Source of the DNA: a virus
Taxonomy: Duplodnaviria; Caudoviricetes
DNA length: 31,122 nt
Strand: one strand, 5' to 3'
IMG/VR virus record: IMGVR_UViG_3300032314_000024
Location: 1-31,122 of that record
In this document: positions 30,685 to 31,122 of the stretch, piece after piece
Position numbering within the stretch: position 1 is the first letter of the stretch
How the letters are laid out: each line of letters begins with the position of its first letter
Program-made: the position numbers and the translations under genes
Notes under the pieces: model-generated
Database searches by the model: none
Seen by the model: the letters and a program-made list of their open reading frames with translations, nothing else
Told to the model about the DNA's origin: nothing

Positions 30685-31122
30685 TTAACAGACTGCGCCG
30701 CCGCGCTTCTTGGCAGGCACAACCGTCCGGCTAACTTCGCGCTCAGTATCCGTCACCGAACCCTTGCCGGGACTAATCGCATCAGCAATAGACTTGCCAG
30801 CCTTGTGGATCTTCCGGGGGACATACAAAAGAGCATCCTTCACGGCCTTTGCATCAGCCTCATTCTCTTCTGTTTTGCGACGATAAAAGTCAGCGTTAGG
30901 GTCACCACCCGCGGCCATCATCACCGCGCCACCCTTCTTATAGGTGCCAGCGAGGCTGTTGATGGAAACGGGACCGGCAGGCTTCTTCTTGCCCTGCTTC
31001 ATCTGCTCCGGACCGCCGTCGTGCTGTACGCGGCCGCCCTCAGCAAACTTTTTTATGGCACCGCCTTTGCGGAAACCGCCCTGACCCTCAACAACACCGC
31101 CAGTCTTAAAACCACCCGCGCC
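30685..31122 (-). CDS. Basic [FYM]xxGG-repeat protein, start beyond the window edge
   Basis: The frame of ORF 30685..31002 stays open to 31122: GAGGFKTGGVVEGQGGFRKGGAIKKFAEGGRVQHDGGPEQMKQ...YKKGG...MAAGG...KKRGGAVC*. Confidence 0.85.
   Translation of the reverse strand, partial: GAGGFKTGGVVEGQGGFRKGGAIKKFAEGGRVQHDGGPEQMKQGKKKPAGPVSINSLAGTYKKGGAVMMAAGGDPNADFYRRKTEENEADAKAVKDALLYVPRKIHKAGKSIADAISPGKGSVTDTEREVSRTVVPAKKRGGAVC
31001..31054 (-). other. Candidate programmed -1 ribosomal frameshift signal
   Basis: In-frame ATA AAA AAG (A_AAA_AAG, 31054-31048), an 8-nt spacer, then a predicted hairpin at 31039-31010. The -1 frame reads GTT TGC TGA. Confidence 0.55.

Larger units (their letters stand above)
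1..31122 (-). mobile_element. Tailed phage/prophage virion morphogenesis and lysis region (podovirus-like architecture)
   Basis: All credible genes are on the minus strand, many with TAATG/TGATG/ATGA overlaps. Content includes adaptor-like, nozzle-like, tail fibre, chaperone, endolysin, holin and ejection-type proteins. No ends or att sites are visible, so free phage versus prophage cannot be decided. Confidence 0.95.

Overview
The whole window is a co-directional (minus-strand), tightly coupled virion and lysis gene block of a podovirus-like tailed phage or prophage. I saw no tRNA, rRNA, CRISPR or integrase. In transcription order (right to left) it holds: small basic [FYM]xxGG-motif proteins, a head-tail adaptor-like gene, a large array of tail fibre/adhesin genes (Mtd-N, CBM-like, 5x LamG, chaperone, beta-propeller), a GH108 endolysin/3TM holin cassette, a second adaptor, a P22 gp10-like nozzle, and the ejection (internal virion) protein cluster ending in a lytic transglycosylase cut by the left edge. 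The standout is a cassette between the nozzle and the ejection proteins: a GT60-type GlcNAc transferase, an acyl carrier protein, an intact Cys-His-His beta-ketoacyl synthase and a possible GNAT-fold protein. The last three are chained by start/stop overlaps to a 1961-aa protein with about 650 aa of Ser-alternating repeats and a mucin-like Thr/Pro stalk. This suggests a phage-encoded system for lipidating and O-glycosylating its own virion protein (inference). A candidate programmed -1 frameshift (A_AAA_AAG plus hairpin) lies near the right edge. All family calls come from motif recognition by eye; no searches were run.
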